From: Sulfurimonadaceae bacterium
GTDB taxonomy: Bacteria > Campylobacterota > Campylobacteria > Campylobacterales > Sulfurimonadaceae
Assembly: GCA_041562555.1 (NCBI GenBank)
Contig: JBFEXS010000004.1
Coordinates: forward strand, 1-42,004
Length of the DNA stretch: 42,004 bases
Direction: 5' to 3'
Numbering within the stretch: position 1 is the first letter of the stretch; every line of letters starts with the position of its first letter. The position numbers were made by a program, and so were the translations under genes. The notes beneath the pieces were generated by a model that saw only the letters and a program-made list of their open reading frames with translations, was not told where the DNA came from and ran no database searches. Positions 1 to 10,224 of the stretch are shown one piece after another.

Positions 1-1
1 C

Positions 2-1414
2 GCCCTCTTCGCCCTGCAACAGATGAACAACAGTCTGTTTTTTAGACCTTTGGAGCAGTTTGAGAAGATCATCTCCGATCTTCAGAGAGGAGACTATGCA
101 GTGACCTTCAAACCCTTTGGTGTAGGTATCATAAAAAAACTGTCAACACAGTTACTGGAGATGATCCAGATCATCAGCCGCTCACAACAGGAGCTCGAAC
201 AGAAGATCTCAGAGCGTACCGCATCACTGCACGAAAATGAGAAGAAACTTGAACTGGCACTAGAAGACGCAAAAGAACAACGGCAGATCGCAGAAAAAGC
301 CAATCAGACAAAAAGTGAGTTCCTTGCCAATATGAGTCATGAGATACGTACACCTCTGAATGGGATAATCGGCCTTACAGACCTGCTGATGAAGACCGAT
401 CTCACTCCCAAACAGCACGAATACCTGAACAAATCAAAAAGTTCTTCCCGATCTTTACTGCATGTCATCAACGATATTCTTGATTTCAGCAAGATCGAAG
501 CGGGGAAACTTGAACTTGAGACAAAACATTTCACCGTCACTGAAGTACTGCAATCCATCCAGAATATCTTCGAGAACCTTGCCGAGGAAAAAGGTATTTC
601 CCTTACGATCAACAATCATACCAAACAGCTCCATCTCAATGGGGATGCATTACGCTTGAGCCAGATCCTCAACAATCTTGTCAGCAATGCTATCAAATTC
701 ACACATCAAGGAGGGATCAGCATCACCAGTACCCTCTTGCATGAAAACACCTTTACCTACACCCTGGCATTTTCGGTCAAAGACAGCGGAATCGGCATGG
801 CAGAGACGACCCTGGATAAACTCTTTAGTCCCTTTACGCAAGCAGACTCTTCGACAACCCGTGAATTTGGTGGTACCGGCTTGGGACTTAATATCTCAAA
901 GCAGCTTATAGAGATGATGAACGGACATATTCACGTCAAAAGTAGGGCGGGTAAAGGGAGTGAGTTTATCTTTACGGTAAATTTCCTCAAGGGTGAAAAG
1001 GGTGATTATCTTGATTCAACAACCGATACACATGAAGAATATACCTTGGATCATCTTAAAATACTCGTGGCAGAGGACAATCTGACCAATCAGCTGGTTG
1101 TTCAGGGTATGCTCGAAGAGTACGGTGCAACCCTTGTCTTTGCAAAGAACGGACAAGAAGCCATTGAGAAGATTGATGAGAGCTTTGATCTCATCCTCAT
1201 GGATATACAGATGCCGGTAATGGGTGGTATTGAAGCTACCCGACACATTCGTGCCAAATATCCTTCTCTTCCTATCATCGCCCTTACGGCGAATGCCATG
1301 AAAGAAGACATTGAGAAGACATTGCAAGCAGGTATGCAAGCCCACGTGACCAAACCTATCGATCTTGCCGAACTCTTGCAAGCAATCGCAAAATATACAC
1401 AAACAACCAACTGA
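2..1414 (+). CDS. Hybrid sensor histidine kinase/response regulator (HAMP-like, HisKA, HATPase_c, REC); 5'-truncated by the window edge
   Basis: H-box [16 protein letters not shown]-box [15 protein letters not shown]1 VKDSGIG, G2 GGTGLGL, receiver LVAEDN...LMDIQMP...TA...KP. The frame is open from position 2. Confidence 0.95.
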   Translation, partial: ALFALQQMNNSLFFRPLEQFEKIISDLQRGDYAVTFKPFGVGIIKKLSTQLLEMIQIISRSQQELEQKISERTASLHENEKKLELALEDAKEQRQIAEKANQTKSEFLANMSHEIRTPLNGIIGLTDLLMKTDLTPKQHEYLNKSKSSSRSLLHVINDILDFSKIEAGKLELETKHFTVTEVLQSIQNIFENLAEEKGISLTINNHTKQLHLNGDALRLSQILNNLVSNAIKFTHQGGISITSTLLHENTFTYTLAFSVKDSGIGMAETTLDKLFSPFTQADSSTTREFGGTGLGLNISKQLIEMMNGHIHVKSRAGKGSEFIFTVNFLKGEKGDYLDSTTDTHEEYTLDHLKILVAEDNLTNQLVVQGMLEEYGATLVFAKNGQEAIEKIDESFDLILMDIQMPVMGGIEATRHIRAKYPSLPIIALTANAMKEDIEKTLQAGMQAHVTKPIDLAELLQAIAKYTQTTN

Positions 1415-1488
1415 AAGAACAATCACGGACCTTTTCACCGACTCCGCCCGGAATTATTGTAAAATACCATTTTTAAGGAGCTTCAATC

Positions 1489-1782
1489 ATGACCAACATA
1501 AACGATATCGTACTGCATATTCATATGACCTATTTGAACAACAAACACTCCATTGCATGGATATCGAGTTTTGAAGATGAGATCGCTCCGCTCTCTACAG
1601 AGGAGTTTCAAAGACTCATCCATCTACTTGATGAGATCGCCCAGGCGGAACAGGCCAACTTTATGGAATCGATTATCAACCACTCCATTCCTGCCAGCTT
1701 GCAGACAAAAGCAGCAGATGCCTCCAACTTTTTAGGATTGATCGAACAGCTTAAAATCGAATATGCACAGTGGAAAAGTTAA
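1489..1782 (+). CDS. Hypothetical protein (97 aa)
   Basis: AAGGAG RBS directly upstream; ORF fills the intergenic gap; no recognisable motif. Confidence 0.75.
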   Translation: MTNINDIVLHIHMTYLNNKHSIAWISSFEDEIAPLSTEEFQRLIHLLDEIAQAEQANFMESIINHSIPASLQTKAADASNFLGLIEQLKIEYAQWKS

Positions 1783-1861
1783 ATTTCCGACATCTCTGAA
1801 GAGATCATTCCTATATATCTAATAAAAACCCTCAGGATTGGCATTTCATATTATTTTTAGT

Positions 1862-1867
1862 TATAAT
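1862..1867 (+). promoter_or_regulatory. Sigma-70-type -10 box for the diguanylate cyclase gene
   Basis: TATAAT preceded by T-tracts, ~50 nt upstream of the ATG at 1919, which has an AAGGAG RBS. Confidence 0.55.
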
Positions 1868-1918
1868 GTAAAAACAACCTTTGACCCTCTTCCTAATAAC
1901 TAAAAGGAGTGATGCTGT

Positions 1919-3856
1919 ATGGGTGTTTTTGCATTTTTCTTTCGACCTACGACCAGTGTTCGGGTTGTCTATATCATCTCTCTTTTCCTCTTCATCTCCA
2001 TAACACTCATGACCATCATCTATATTCAGGCACGGGTCTTTGACGGTGTACGCTCCTACGTCAGAGGAGAGGGGTTATGGGCAAAGGCGCAAAAAGATGC
2101 TGTCTTATATTTAAACCGTTACTCCTTTTCCTACCAGATCGAGGATTACGAAGCCTTCAAAGAGTCTGTCAAGGTCAATCTGGGAGATAGACACGCCCGT
2201 CTTTCCATGGATAAAACACCTATGGACAGACCCGGAGCCGTACAAGGTTTTTTAGCCGGTCAAAATGCCCCTGAAGATATAGACTCTATGATCTGGTTCT
2301 ATCAAAACTTTCAAGAGATATCGTACCTCAAAGAGGCCATCCGTATCTGGCGCGAAGCAGATGAAGGTATCGCATCACTGATCGCACTATCCGAAGAGAT
2401 CCGTCAAAAGGTCCGCATGAATGATATCTCGGACATAGCAGACCTGCGGGATAAGATTTCCGTGATCAATCAAAGACTTTTTGTATTGGAGAACAACTTT
2501 TCTCAAGTGCTCGGAGAAGGAGCAAGATGGGTGAAAAGAACGACCTTGATAGCAAGCCTGTGTATCCTGTTCATCTTTACTGCTATCTCCATATGGATCA
2601 GTCGACAGATCATTAAGAATATTTCACAGGCTGAAGAGAGTCTGCGCATCAGTGAGGCAAGGTTTACAAGTCTCAGCCAATCCAATACCATCGGGATCAT
2701 GTCATGGAATCTTAACGGAGATGTCCTGGATGCCAATGACTATTTCCTGCGCATGCTGGGATATACAAGAAAGGACCTTGAGATCGGGAGAATCAACTGG
2801 CAACGTATGACCCCACCGCAATGGGAAGAAGCAGATAGAAAAGCGATTGAGGAACTCCTTGAAACAGGGAAATGTGCACCTTTTGAGAAAGAGCTCTATG
2901 ACATCTACGGAACCCTTGTACCCGTATATCTGGGTGCCTCTTTTGTAGGACATAACCAGGATAGCGGTATTGCATTTTTTATGGACCTGAGTCAGAAAAA
3001 GTGGCAGGAAGAGCAATTAAAACTTGCCGCTGCCGTCTTTGATGTCAGTCATGACGGAATCATCATCACCAACGATATTTTCCATATCATCTCTGTAAAC
3101 AGTGCTATTACAGACATCCTGGGGTTTTCCAATGAAGAGCTGCTCGATCAGGAAGTCCCTATGCTACACTCAGATCCTGAGAAAAAACGTCTTATTGAAC
3201 AACGATTGAATGACGATGGCTTCTGGCAAGGGGATATGACTGAACATACCAGGGAAGGTATGGATATGCCTGTACATGTCAGCATTAACAGTATCTATAA
3301 TGCCCAAAACAAAGTCACCCATTATGTCTTTATCTTCTTCGATATCACAGAGAGCAAGGCACGGGAAGAGCAGCTTAAACATCTGGCTAATCACGATGTG
3401 CTCACAGGTCTTTCAAATCGTGCTCACCTTGAGAAAAGACTCAATAAAGCCATTAAAAAAGCTTCGCAGACGGAAAAACATTTTGCCCTGCTCTTCTTTG
3501 ACCTGGATAAATTCAAACCCGTCAATGACACCTATGGACATGAGGTCGGAGACAAACTTTTGAAGATAGTCGCCAATCGGCTGGGAACCTATGTTCGTAA
3601 AACGGATACAGTCGCACGTCTTGGAGGCGATGAGTTTATCATCTTGCTGGAGTCACTGGACAATAAGGAACGTGCATTGCAGATCTGTGAAAAAACACTC
3701 AAAAGCCTGTGCGCTCCTACTACGATCGACAAAACAGACATAGAAGTCAGTGCGAGTGTCGGTGTGAGCATATACCCATTTGACGGCGAAGATGCGAAGA
3801 CATTGCTAGAGAAGGCAGATATGGAGATGTACCGGAATAAAAAACACTACAGCTGA
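1919..3856 (+). CDS. Membrane-anchored diguanylate cyclase (periplasmic sensor, 2x PAS, GGDEF)
   Basis: Two TM segments, PAS-like stretches, HDVLTGLSNR, FFDLDKFKPVNDTYGH, RKTD I-site followed by GGDEF. Confidence 0.95.
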   Translation: MGVFAFFFRPTTSVRVVYIISLFLFISITLMTIIYIQARVFDGVRSYVRGEGLWAKAQKDAVLYLNRYSFSYQIEDYEAFKESVKVNLGDRHARLSMDKTPMDRPGAVQGFLAGQNAPEDIDSMIWFYQNFQEISYLKEAIRIWREADEGIASLIALSEEIRQKVRMNDISDIADLRDKISVINQRLFVLENNFSQVLGEGARWVKRTTLIASLCILFIFTAISIWISRQIIKNISQAEESLRISEARFTSLSQSNTIGIMSWNLNGDVLDANDYFLRMLGYTRKDLEIGRINWQRMTPPQWEEADRKAIEELLETGKCAPFEKELYDIYGTLVPVYLGASFVGHNQDSGIAFFMDLSQKKWQEEQLKLAAAVFDVSHDGIIITNDIFHIISVNSAITDILGFSNEELLDQEVPMLHSDPEKKRLIEQRLNDDGFWQGDMTEHTREGMDMPVHVSINSIYNAQNKVTHYVFIFFDITESKAREEQLKHLANHDVLTGLSNRAHLEKRLNKAIKKASQTEKHFALLFFDLDKFKPVNDTYGHEVGDKLLKIVANRLGTYVRKTDTVARLGGDEFIILLESLDNKERALQICEKTLKSLCAPTTIDKTDIEVSASVGVSIYPFDGEDAKTLLEKADMEMYRNKKHYS

Positions 3857-3888
3857 CACTCCCTTCCATAATACATCGACCTAAGATA

Positions 3889-4905
3889 TCAATGTATCTC
3901 CCATGTGTCTCCGGAGTATAACAGCTTGTGAAAGTCGGCAGTTCCTTTCTTTGCCTTGACCTCAGCCACCTGTGCGGCCACCTGTTCGTTATACGTCACA
4001 TCTTTTACCGCATAAAGCACTCCATATAACTTTGGCATATCCTGCTCAGCATCCATTGCAACCAGTAAAGATGCGAGCATCGCATTATGTTTATCATGCA
4101 CAAGACAATCCGCTTCCGTGTAGCTGCCATTTAATTCGACCACTTTCAAGGTCAAATCATCGAGGATGATCCCTTTCTTCACCTCGCTCCCAAAGGTCAT
4201 AGGCTGACCATGCGTCAATACGACAGAATGATCATCTCGACTCTTCTTATCTGTATAATCGGAATGACATCCATCATTAAAGATGACACAGTTCTGATAC
4301 ACTTCAATGAAAGATGTTCCCCTGTGTTCTTCGGCCTCTAACATCACCTCTTGCATATGCTTGGCATCCGTATCCAGAGTACGTGCTATGAAGGTAGCGC
4401 TGGCACCAAAAGCCAATTTGGCAGGACTGAAAGGTCTATCCAATGAACCGTATGGAGTCGATTTCGTTATCTTTCCCTGTCGTGTCGTCGGTGAGTATTG
4501 TCCTTTCGTCAGACCATAGATCTCATTATTGAACAAGACGATATTCATATCAATATTTCTACGCAATGCGTGGATCAGATGGTTTCCCCCGATCGACAAG
4601 CTGTCTCCATCCCCGGTGATGACCCATATACTCAGGTCCGGATTGGCCGTCTTCAAACCCGAAGCGATCGCCGGTGCCCTGCCGTGAATGGTATGATACC
4701 CATACGTGTTCATATAATAAGGGAAGCGGGAGGAACATCCTATACCCGAAACAAAAACAATATCCTCCCGTTTTCTGCCGATCTTGGTCAAAGCAGTCTG
4801 AATAGCTGAAAGGATGGCATAATCGCCGCATCCCGGACACCACTTGACTTCTTGATCACTTGCAAAATCTTTTTTACTGTACTCCGTGTTCGTCTGTGCA
4901 CCCAT
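3889..4905 (-). CDS. korB: 2-oxoacid:ferredoxin oxidoreductase beta subunit (TPP-binding)
   Basis: WCPGCGD, SGIGCSSR, HGRA, GDGD...NN TPP motif, YGLTKGQ.SPT. Substrate specificity cannot be determined. Confidence 0.93.
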   Translation of the reverse strand: MGAQTNTEYSKKDFASDQEVKWCPGCGDYAILSAIQTALTKIGRKREDIVFVSGIGCSSRFPYYMNTYGYHTIHGRAPAIASGLKTANPDLSIWVITGDGDSLSIGGNHLIHALRRNIDMNIVLFNNEIYGLTKGQYSPTTRQGKITKSTPYGSLDRPFSPAKLAFGASATFIARTLDTDAKHMQEVMLEAEEHRGTSFIEVYQNCVIFNDGCHSDYTDKKSRDDHSVVLTHGQPMTFGSEVKKGIILDDLTLKVVELNGSYTEADCLVHDKHNAMLASLLVAMDAEQDMPKLYGVLYAVKDVTYNEQVAAQVAEVKAKKGTADFHKLLYSGDTWEIH

Positions 4906-4906
4906 A

Positions 4907-6757
4907 TCACACCTCGTCTAGCGCATTGGTAAAAGCTTCTTTGAGCTCAGCTATCTTAAAAGGAAGACCTTCGACTTTATTGTAACCTATGGCATTGCAT
5001 CCAAACTTTGCATTGATCACATGCACCATCTGCCCCATGTTCAACTCCGGAACGATCACTTTCTTAAAGTTCTTGATCACGTCTGCGATGTTTTTAGGCA
5101 TCGGATTGATGTAGCGCAAATGCATCAAAGATATCTTCCTTCCCTCTTTTTGCAATGCTCTGATCGCCATCTCTACAGCCCCGTAGGTGCCTCCCCATGA
5201 GATAACCAAAAGATCACCGCTCATCTCCCCTTCAACTTCCTGCAAAGGGATATCATCGCCTACCTTCTCGATCTTGGCCTGTCGGATATCGCACATCTTT
5301 TGATGATTCATCGGATCATAGGAGACATTACCCGTGACAAAATCCTTTTCCAGACCGCCAATACGATGCTCCAGACCCGGCATTCCAGGGACAGCCCAGT
5401 CCCTGACATGTGTTTCAGGATCGCGGGCAATCCAATGCCATTGCTCCGCATCCACCTCTTCAGGCTTAAGCATCTTATGTGCTATCTTGGCATAATGCCT
5501 ATCAATATCCGGAAGCTTCCAAGGTTCCGTCCCATTGGCAATATACCCGTCTGTAAGCATGATCACCGGCGTCATGTGTTCTAAAGCCAATCGGCTTGCC
5601 TCATAGGCCATATGAAAACAGTCATTGGGTCTGGAAGCAGCGACAATGATGAGCGGAGCATCCCCGTTTCTGCCGTAAAGCGCCTGAAAGAGGTCAGACT
5701 GTTCTGTCTTGGTTGGCAGACCTGTTGAGGGTCCGCCCCGCTGGACATTGACGATGACCAAAGGCATCTCATAGCTTATGGCCAGACCGATCGCCTCACC
5801 TTTCAGGGCAATCCCGGGACCTGAAGAGGTCGTGATCGCTAACGACCCTGCCAAGCCGGCACCGATAGCTGTACAGATGCCTGCTATCTCATCTTCGGCC
5901 TGAAAGGTCTTCACATCAAACTCTTTATACTTGGACAGCTCATGTAAGATATCCGAAGCCGGTGTGATAGGGTAACTTCCCAAAAAGAGCGGTAGGTTTG
6001 CCGATTGAGCTGCTTTGATAAAACCCCAGGCTGTAGAAGTATTACCGTTGATCTGGCGATAGACCCCCGGTTCGATCTTGGCACTTGAGACCTTGTAGGT
6101 GGATACAACGGCTTCCAGAGTCTCTGCAAAATTCGCACCCGCCTTCATCGCAGTCTGATTGGCTTCCAACAAAATGGGTTCCTCACTAAACTTTTGAGCG
6201 ATCCAATCCAGTGTTGTCTTCATCTCACGATGATATAAAAAGTACGTCATCCCCAAAGCATAAAAGTTCTTACAGCGTTTCTTGCTTTTGGTATCAAGAT
6301 CAATCTCCTTGAGTGCTTCAAGACTTTGTGAATCAATAGGCACCTTGATCACCTGATATCCTTCAAGTTCACCACTCTCCAGAGGATTCGCTTCATACCC
6401 CGCCTTGGCAATCTTACTCTCTGAAAAAGCATCGGTATTGACTAAGACTGTTCCCCCTTTCTTAAGGTCTTTCAGGTTCACTTTTAATGCCGCAGGATTA
6501 AAAGCAACGAGCATATCCGTCGCATCCCCCGGTGTGAAAATCTCCCGCGACCCGAAATGGATCTGGAATCCCGAAACCCCGGCTATGGTCCCCTGGGGGG
6601 CCCTGATCTCTGCCGGATAGTCAGGAAAAGTAGCGATATCATTACCCATGATGGCCGATGTATTGGAAAACTGTGTACCTGTCAGTTGCATCCCGTCTCC
6701 GGAGTCTCCGGAGAATCGGACAACCACACTTTCAACTTCTGTTAGCTTACTCATCAT
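4907..6757 (-). CDS. korA: 2-oxoacid:acceptor oxidoreductase alpha subunit (gamma-alpha fusion)
   Basis: GDSGDGMQLTG gamma-domain motif, YPITP, QAEDEIA, TSSGPG, QRGGPSTGLPTK.EQ.D; ends 1 bp before the korB start. Confidence 0.93.
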   Translation of the reverse strand: MMSKLTEVESVVVRFSGDSGDGMQLTGTQFSNTSAIMGNDIATFPDYPAEIRAPQGTIAGVSGFQIHFGSREIFTPGDATDMLVAFNPAALKVNLKDLKKGGTVLVNTDAFSESKIAKAGYEANPLESGELEGYQVIKVPIDSQSLEALKEIDLDTKSKKRCKNFYALGMTYFLYHREMKTTLDWIAQKFSEEPILLEANQTAMKAGANFAETLEAVVSTYKVSSAKIEPGVYRQINGNTSTAWGFIKAAQSANLPLFLGSYPITPASDILHELSKYKEFDVKTFQAEDEIAGICTAIGAGLAGSLAITTSSGPGIALKGEAIGLAISYEMPLVIVNVQRGGPSTGLPTKTEQSDLFQALYGRNGDAPLIIVAASRPNDCFHMAYEASRLALEHMTPVIMLTDGYIANGTEPWKLPDIDRHYAKIAHKMLKPEEVDAEQWHWIARDPETHVRDWAVPGMPGLEHRIGGLEKDFVTGNVSYDPMNHQKMCDIRQAKIEKVGDDIPLQEVEGEMSGDLLVISWGGTYGAVEMAIRALQKEGRKISLMHLRYINPMPKNIADVIKNFKKVIVPELNMGQMVHVINAKFGCNAIGYNKVEGLPFKIAELKEAFTNALDEV

Positions 6758-6921
6758 ATCCCCTAAGAATGTGTCTGATAAGCATGTTATATTAGTTTTT
6801 ATTATTATAATCTAACAAAAAAAACCATCGTGATATTTGAAGTACTGATTAAGGTGAGAGATATGCTCCATTGCATTATCAAAAAAGAGGCGTAGACTCA
6901 AGTTTGCCCCCAGCAGGGCAG

Positions 6922-7380
6922 TCACTTTTTATTCGTAAATTCCAACTGTCCGCTGCTATAGGTCTTACCAAAACTTGCAGCAAGATTAAAGACCTGCCGC
7001 AGGGCACTTTCAAAATCTTTTTCTGTCAAGGATGAAAGAGGATGGATAAAAGCAGCATACAGTGTATCCTCGGAGACTGCATATCGGGCATCCAAAGCTG
7101 AGTGAAAGTTCGACTGCATAAGATTGTCTTTAATTGCCGGAGCCAAGGTCGAATACTTGGTAATAGGAGAGATGATACGCATACGGTCATGGTCCGCATC
7201 ACTAAGCAGTGCCATCTTTCTGCCTAAATACATAAACATGACATACCCCGTCTGCTCTTCCATCACCTGAATGATCAAAGATGACTTTAACATATCTTCG
7301 AGTTTTTCCTGACTCATACTAAAGGCATCACTCTTGAGTTTACTTTCTTCGATCAAACTTTTAAGCGTATGTTTTTTCAT
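6922..7380 (-). CDS. Hypothetical protein, possibly YbjN/T3SS-chaperone-like fold
   Basis: 152-aa ORF coupled to the upstream gene by an ATGA overlap; DRMRIISPI...NFHSALDARYA pattern. Confidence 0.7.
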   Translation of the reverse strand: MKKHTLKSLIEESKLKSDAFSMSQEKLEDMLKSSLIIQVMEEQTGYVMFMYLGRKMALLSDADHDRMRIISPITKYSTLAPAIKDNLMQSNFHSALDARYAVSEDTLYAAFIHPLSSLTEKDFESALRQVFNLAASFGKTYSSGQLEFTNKK

Positions 7381-8327
7381 GCAAATTCCTTCTTGGAGAG
7401 TGTATAATCAATATAGATCGCAAACGGGATCTGAACCACATAAGCGAAGATAATAGGCAGTATCATCGAGATACCGAAGGTACCCGTAGTAAATGTGGAA
7501 ATCACCAAAGCCAAGGTTATATAACGCGTCACACTATGCCAAAAGGCAGCTCTTTCTTGTACCGAATCAAGGTTGTACATCAGACGGGAAGCGCCGTATA
7601 TCAAGGCATAGAAAGTGATGACAGCAAAAGCAGAAATATAGATCAGTTCCGGCTCAAAATCATACAGTTCGAACAGCTGCTGGGAGTTTTGTAAGCCAAA
7701 CAGATAAAACAGGATAATAAATATACTAATGTGACTGATATATTTGCGCCACTTCTCGATCAGATCCTGTACAGGTTTGATAAATATAATGATACGGCTT
7801 ATAATAAAAGGAATGACGATCAGCAGATTGATAACACCACGTGCAAAACTGCTGACATTCACTTCACTTGAATACGACTCTGAATAATATTCCGCCATAT
7901 ATACCCCGAAAAAATGCAGCATCAACAAGGAGACAGAGACAAATACCAGATTGATGAACAGGAGTACAAACCCCAAAGAAGTATCTGCATTGGACTTCTT
8001 TATCCAGTGCATCACCATTCCACCGCCACTTAAGATGGACAGGAGGAATAGTCCCGTTGCCACACCAAAGTTTCCTGTCAGCATCCCTATACCGATCGCG
8101 ATCGCCGGAAGAGTCAAATAGTTCAGTATCAGACCTTTAATCAAGATGATCCTATGCTCCCAGACCAATGTGATGTCCGAGAACTTCACCTGAAACAAGG
8201 TAGGCATGATCAAGGTAAGTCCGGCAAAAAGGCATATCTTCGAATTAAAGACAAACCCGTCTTCATACTGTCCGTAAACCAGTCCCAAGACTGCTCCCAA
8301 TATCACTAAAACAAGCTGCATCTTCAT
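7377..8327 (-). CDS. Integral membrane protein, bile acid:Na+ symporter/ACR3-like superfamily
   Basis: About 10 hydrophobic segments; IMPTL, LILNYLTLP and GLFLLS..GG patterns resemble SBF/ACR3. Confidence 0.7.
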   Translation of the reverse strand: MKMQLVLVILGAVLGLVYGQYEDGFVFNSKICLFAGLTLIMPTLFQVKFSDITLVWEHRIILIKGLILNYLTLPAIAIGIGMLTGNFGVATGLFLLSILSGGGMVMHWIKKSNADTSLGFVLLFINLVFVSVSLLMLHFFGVYMAEYYSESYSSEVNVSSFARGVINLLIVIPFIISRIIIFIKPVQDLIEKWRKYISHISIFIILFYLFGLQNSQQLFELYDFEPELIYISAFAVITFYALIYGASRLMYNLDSVQERAAFWHSVTRYITLALVISTFTTGTFGISMILPIIFAYVVQIPFAIYIDYTLSKKEFA

Positions 8328-8387
8328 CCTTCTAACGAATCACCCATTATATTCACCCCTAGCTAAAAGAAGGTTTACCCCGGGGCT

Positions 8388-8792
8388 CTAAGCTAAAATC
8401 ACTTCCAATTTCTTCACAGACTCAAACCTTCTCGCAGGAAGGTCGTAGTGATCCAGGGCATCATATCGCACCCATTGGGCCTGGGTATGTGCATGCAAAC
8501 AGATCGCTTGATTCTGATCTGCTAATGTCGCGGTATAGAAGTGTATGCAATACATTTTTCCTTCATACTCCAACTCTTCACAACCCAGATATGTTCCTAT
8601 GAGTACGTCAAGCTCCAATTCTTCTTTGATCTCACGAATACCGCATGACTCAAGACCTTCGTCCTGTTCAAGCTTTCCTCCGGGGAACTCCCATTTATCG
8701 GGCATGGGCCTGTCGGAAGAACGTTTCGCTATCAATACACGCCTCTTATCATCGATGATAACGACATTCACAGCTGATATCATCCCACTCAA
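8388..8792 (-). CDS. NUDIX hydrolase, MutT/NudG-like
   Basis: WEFPGGK.E.......REIKEEL Nudix box. Start is TTG at 8792 or ATG at 8783. Confidence 0.92.
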   Translation of the reverse strand: MSGMISAVNVVIIDDKRRVLIAKRSSDRPMPDKWEFPGGKLEQDEGLESCGIREIKEELELDVLIGTYLGCEELEYEGKMYCIHFYTATLADQNQAICLHAHTQAQWVRYDALDHYDLPARRFESVKKLEVILA

Positions 8793-8920
8793 AACCTGAA
8801 GATACTCTGCTTCATCTTTATACCACCCTCTCCATTGCTATTGATATGCACTCCTGTCGATATTCTCGAACAGGAACCCAGTGTCATCGCGATACATAAT
8901 ACAAGTATACCTTGTCTCAT
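8789..8920 (-). CDS. Small putative lipoprotein, 43 aa (not in ORF track)
   Basis: AAGGAG RBS 7 nt before ATG; MRQGILVLCIAMTLGSC SRISTGVHINSNGEGGIKMKQSIFRF; lipobox LGSC; stop overlaps the NUDIX start region. Confidence 0.7.
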   Translation of the reverse strand: MRQGILVLCIAMTLGSCSRISTGVHINSNGEGGIKMKQSIFRF

Positions 8921-9003
8921 CGTTTAACTCCTTATATCAAAGCATATCGCCAATCACATAAATCCGAACTATAATCCAAATGCCTCTATACACGAGGTCA
9001 TAC

Positions 9004-9069
9004 ATGGTTCTTCTTATAGAAAGTCTGATCGGAGAAGTCGTCGGATATGCGAAATGGTCTAAAAGATGA
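9004..9069 (+). CDS. Candidate small ORF, 21 aa (MVLLIESLIGEVVGYAKWSKR)
   Basis: TATAAT at 8970-8975, GAGG at 8994-8997, ATG at 9004, terminator hairpin 24 nt after the stop. Confidence 0.35.
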   Translation: MVLLIESLIGEVVGYAKWSKR

Positions 9070-9092
9070 TGGGAATAAACCAGGAAAGAAGT

Positions 9093-9115
9093 CAGGTGCT
9101 TGAATAAAGCACCTG
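9093..9115. terminator. Intrinsic terminator hairpin, probably bidirectional
   Basis: CAGGTGCTT-gaata-AAGCACCTG perfect 9-bp stem. It is followed by TTT on the + strand and ACTTCTTT on the - strand, and lies just past the stop of 9121..9546. Confidence 0.7.
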
Positions 9116-9120
9116 TTTAA

Positions 9121-9546
9121 TCATGCAGACAAAAGATACATGGTACCAAATGCTACGGCAGAAGCGCCCATAAACACGGAACCGAACATAAATGAGGAGA
9201 TCAGTTTGATCATTGGCTGATATGTCCATTTGACTAACAGAATAATACCTGAGCCTATAAAAGAGGGGACAAAGGTAAACAGCAACACTTCAAGCAAACC
9301 ATACCCCTGAGGTAAATAGAAAAAGTTTGCTATCGCCAAATCAAATACTACTAAAGCAACAAAATAGATCGCCAGATAGCGGATCGTCTTAAACTCTTCA
9401 AAACATTGAGAGACTGCCACTTCTTCGGTAACCATACATTTCATATCAGAAAAATTGGCATCTTTAAGCGATTTTTCCTCACAGATAAAGAAAACGAAAA
9501 GACCAAAAGCAAGTGCTCCACCTATCAATAACATCATTGTACCCAT
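9121..9546 (-). CDS. Hypothetical membrane protein (~4 TM)
   Basis: Hydrophobic 141-aa ORF with AAGGA RBS and a downstream terminator. Confidence 0.8.
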   Translation of the reverse strand: MGTMMLLIGGALAFGLFVFFICEEKSLKDANFSDMKCMVTEEVAVSQCFEEFKTIRYLAIYFVALVVFDLAIANFFYLPQGYGLLEVLLFTFVPSFIGSGIILLVKWTYQPMIKLISSFMFGSVFMGASAVAFGTMYLLSA

Positions 9547-9745
9547 GTATACATCCTTCTGTTAATTTTATAACAAATTATTATATCATAAGAAGTCATC
9601 AATTATAAGTTTTTTAAATACTATAATTTTGTATACATTAATTTCAGTTTTCTATTTCATTCCATATCGAGTTGTAAGATAAAAACTTAGGGGACTAATC
9701 AGCTTAGCTTGAGTACAATTCCGAGATTGAAATTATGGAGAAAAA

Positions 9746-10156
9746 ATGAATATCAAAAAACTGCTTTTTTTTATTATATCTACCCTCTTTACATCTCAAC
9801 TCCTTGCGATCGAACTGGACTGGTCACATGATTATGAATCAGCTCTGCTTCAGGCCAAACAAGAAAAAAAAGATGTCTATGTCTTTATCGGGGCAGATCG
9901 ATGCAGGTTTTGTGATAGATATAAACAATTGACACTCTCAGATGCCAAGGTCCTGTATGACTTGAATGAGCAATACATCCCTGTATATCTTTCCCGGGAC
10001 CGCCATAAAATACCGACCGGATTTGCTACCAAAGGTGTACCGATCCACTATTTTGTCAAGCCCGATGGAAAGGTCTACTATATCAGCAGAGGGGCCTTTG
10101 AGATTCCCGGTTTTTATAGCATGCTGGACGAAGCTGAACTCAATCGATACGAATAA
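9746..10156 (+). CDS. Exported thioredoxin-fold protein (SoxW/Thioredoxin_7-like)
   Basis: Signal peptide (..LLA-IE), W..DYESAL..AK.EKK, CRFC motif, GVP cis-Pro loop. Confidence 0.85.
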   Translation: MNIKKLLFFIISTLFTSQLLAIELDWSHDYESALLQAKQEKKDVYVFIGADRCRFCDRYKQLTLSDAKVLYDLNEQYIPVYLSRDRHKIPTGFATKGVPIHYFVKPDGKVYYISRGAFEIPGFYSMLDEAELNRYE

Positions 10157-10224
10157 TTCTCTTCTCTTATTATAAATGCTTGAATAAATTGCTATACTAC
10201 ATTTCAAAATCAAAAGGAGCATAT

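Noticed and set aside
10180..10224. Extended TTG start of the SOR-like ORF
   Set aside because: The AAGGAG RBS and Tat signal place the start at 10225.
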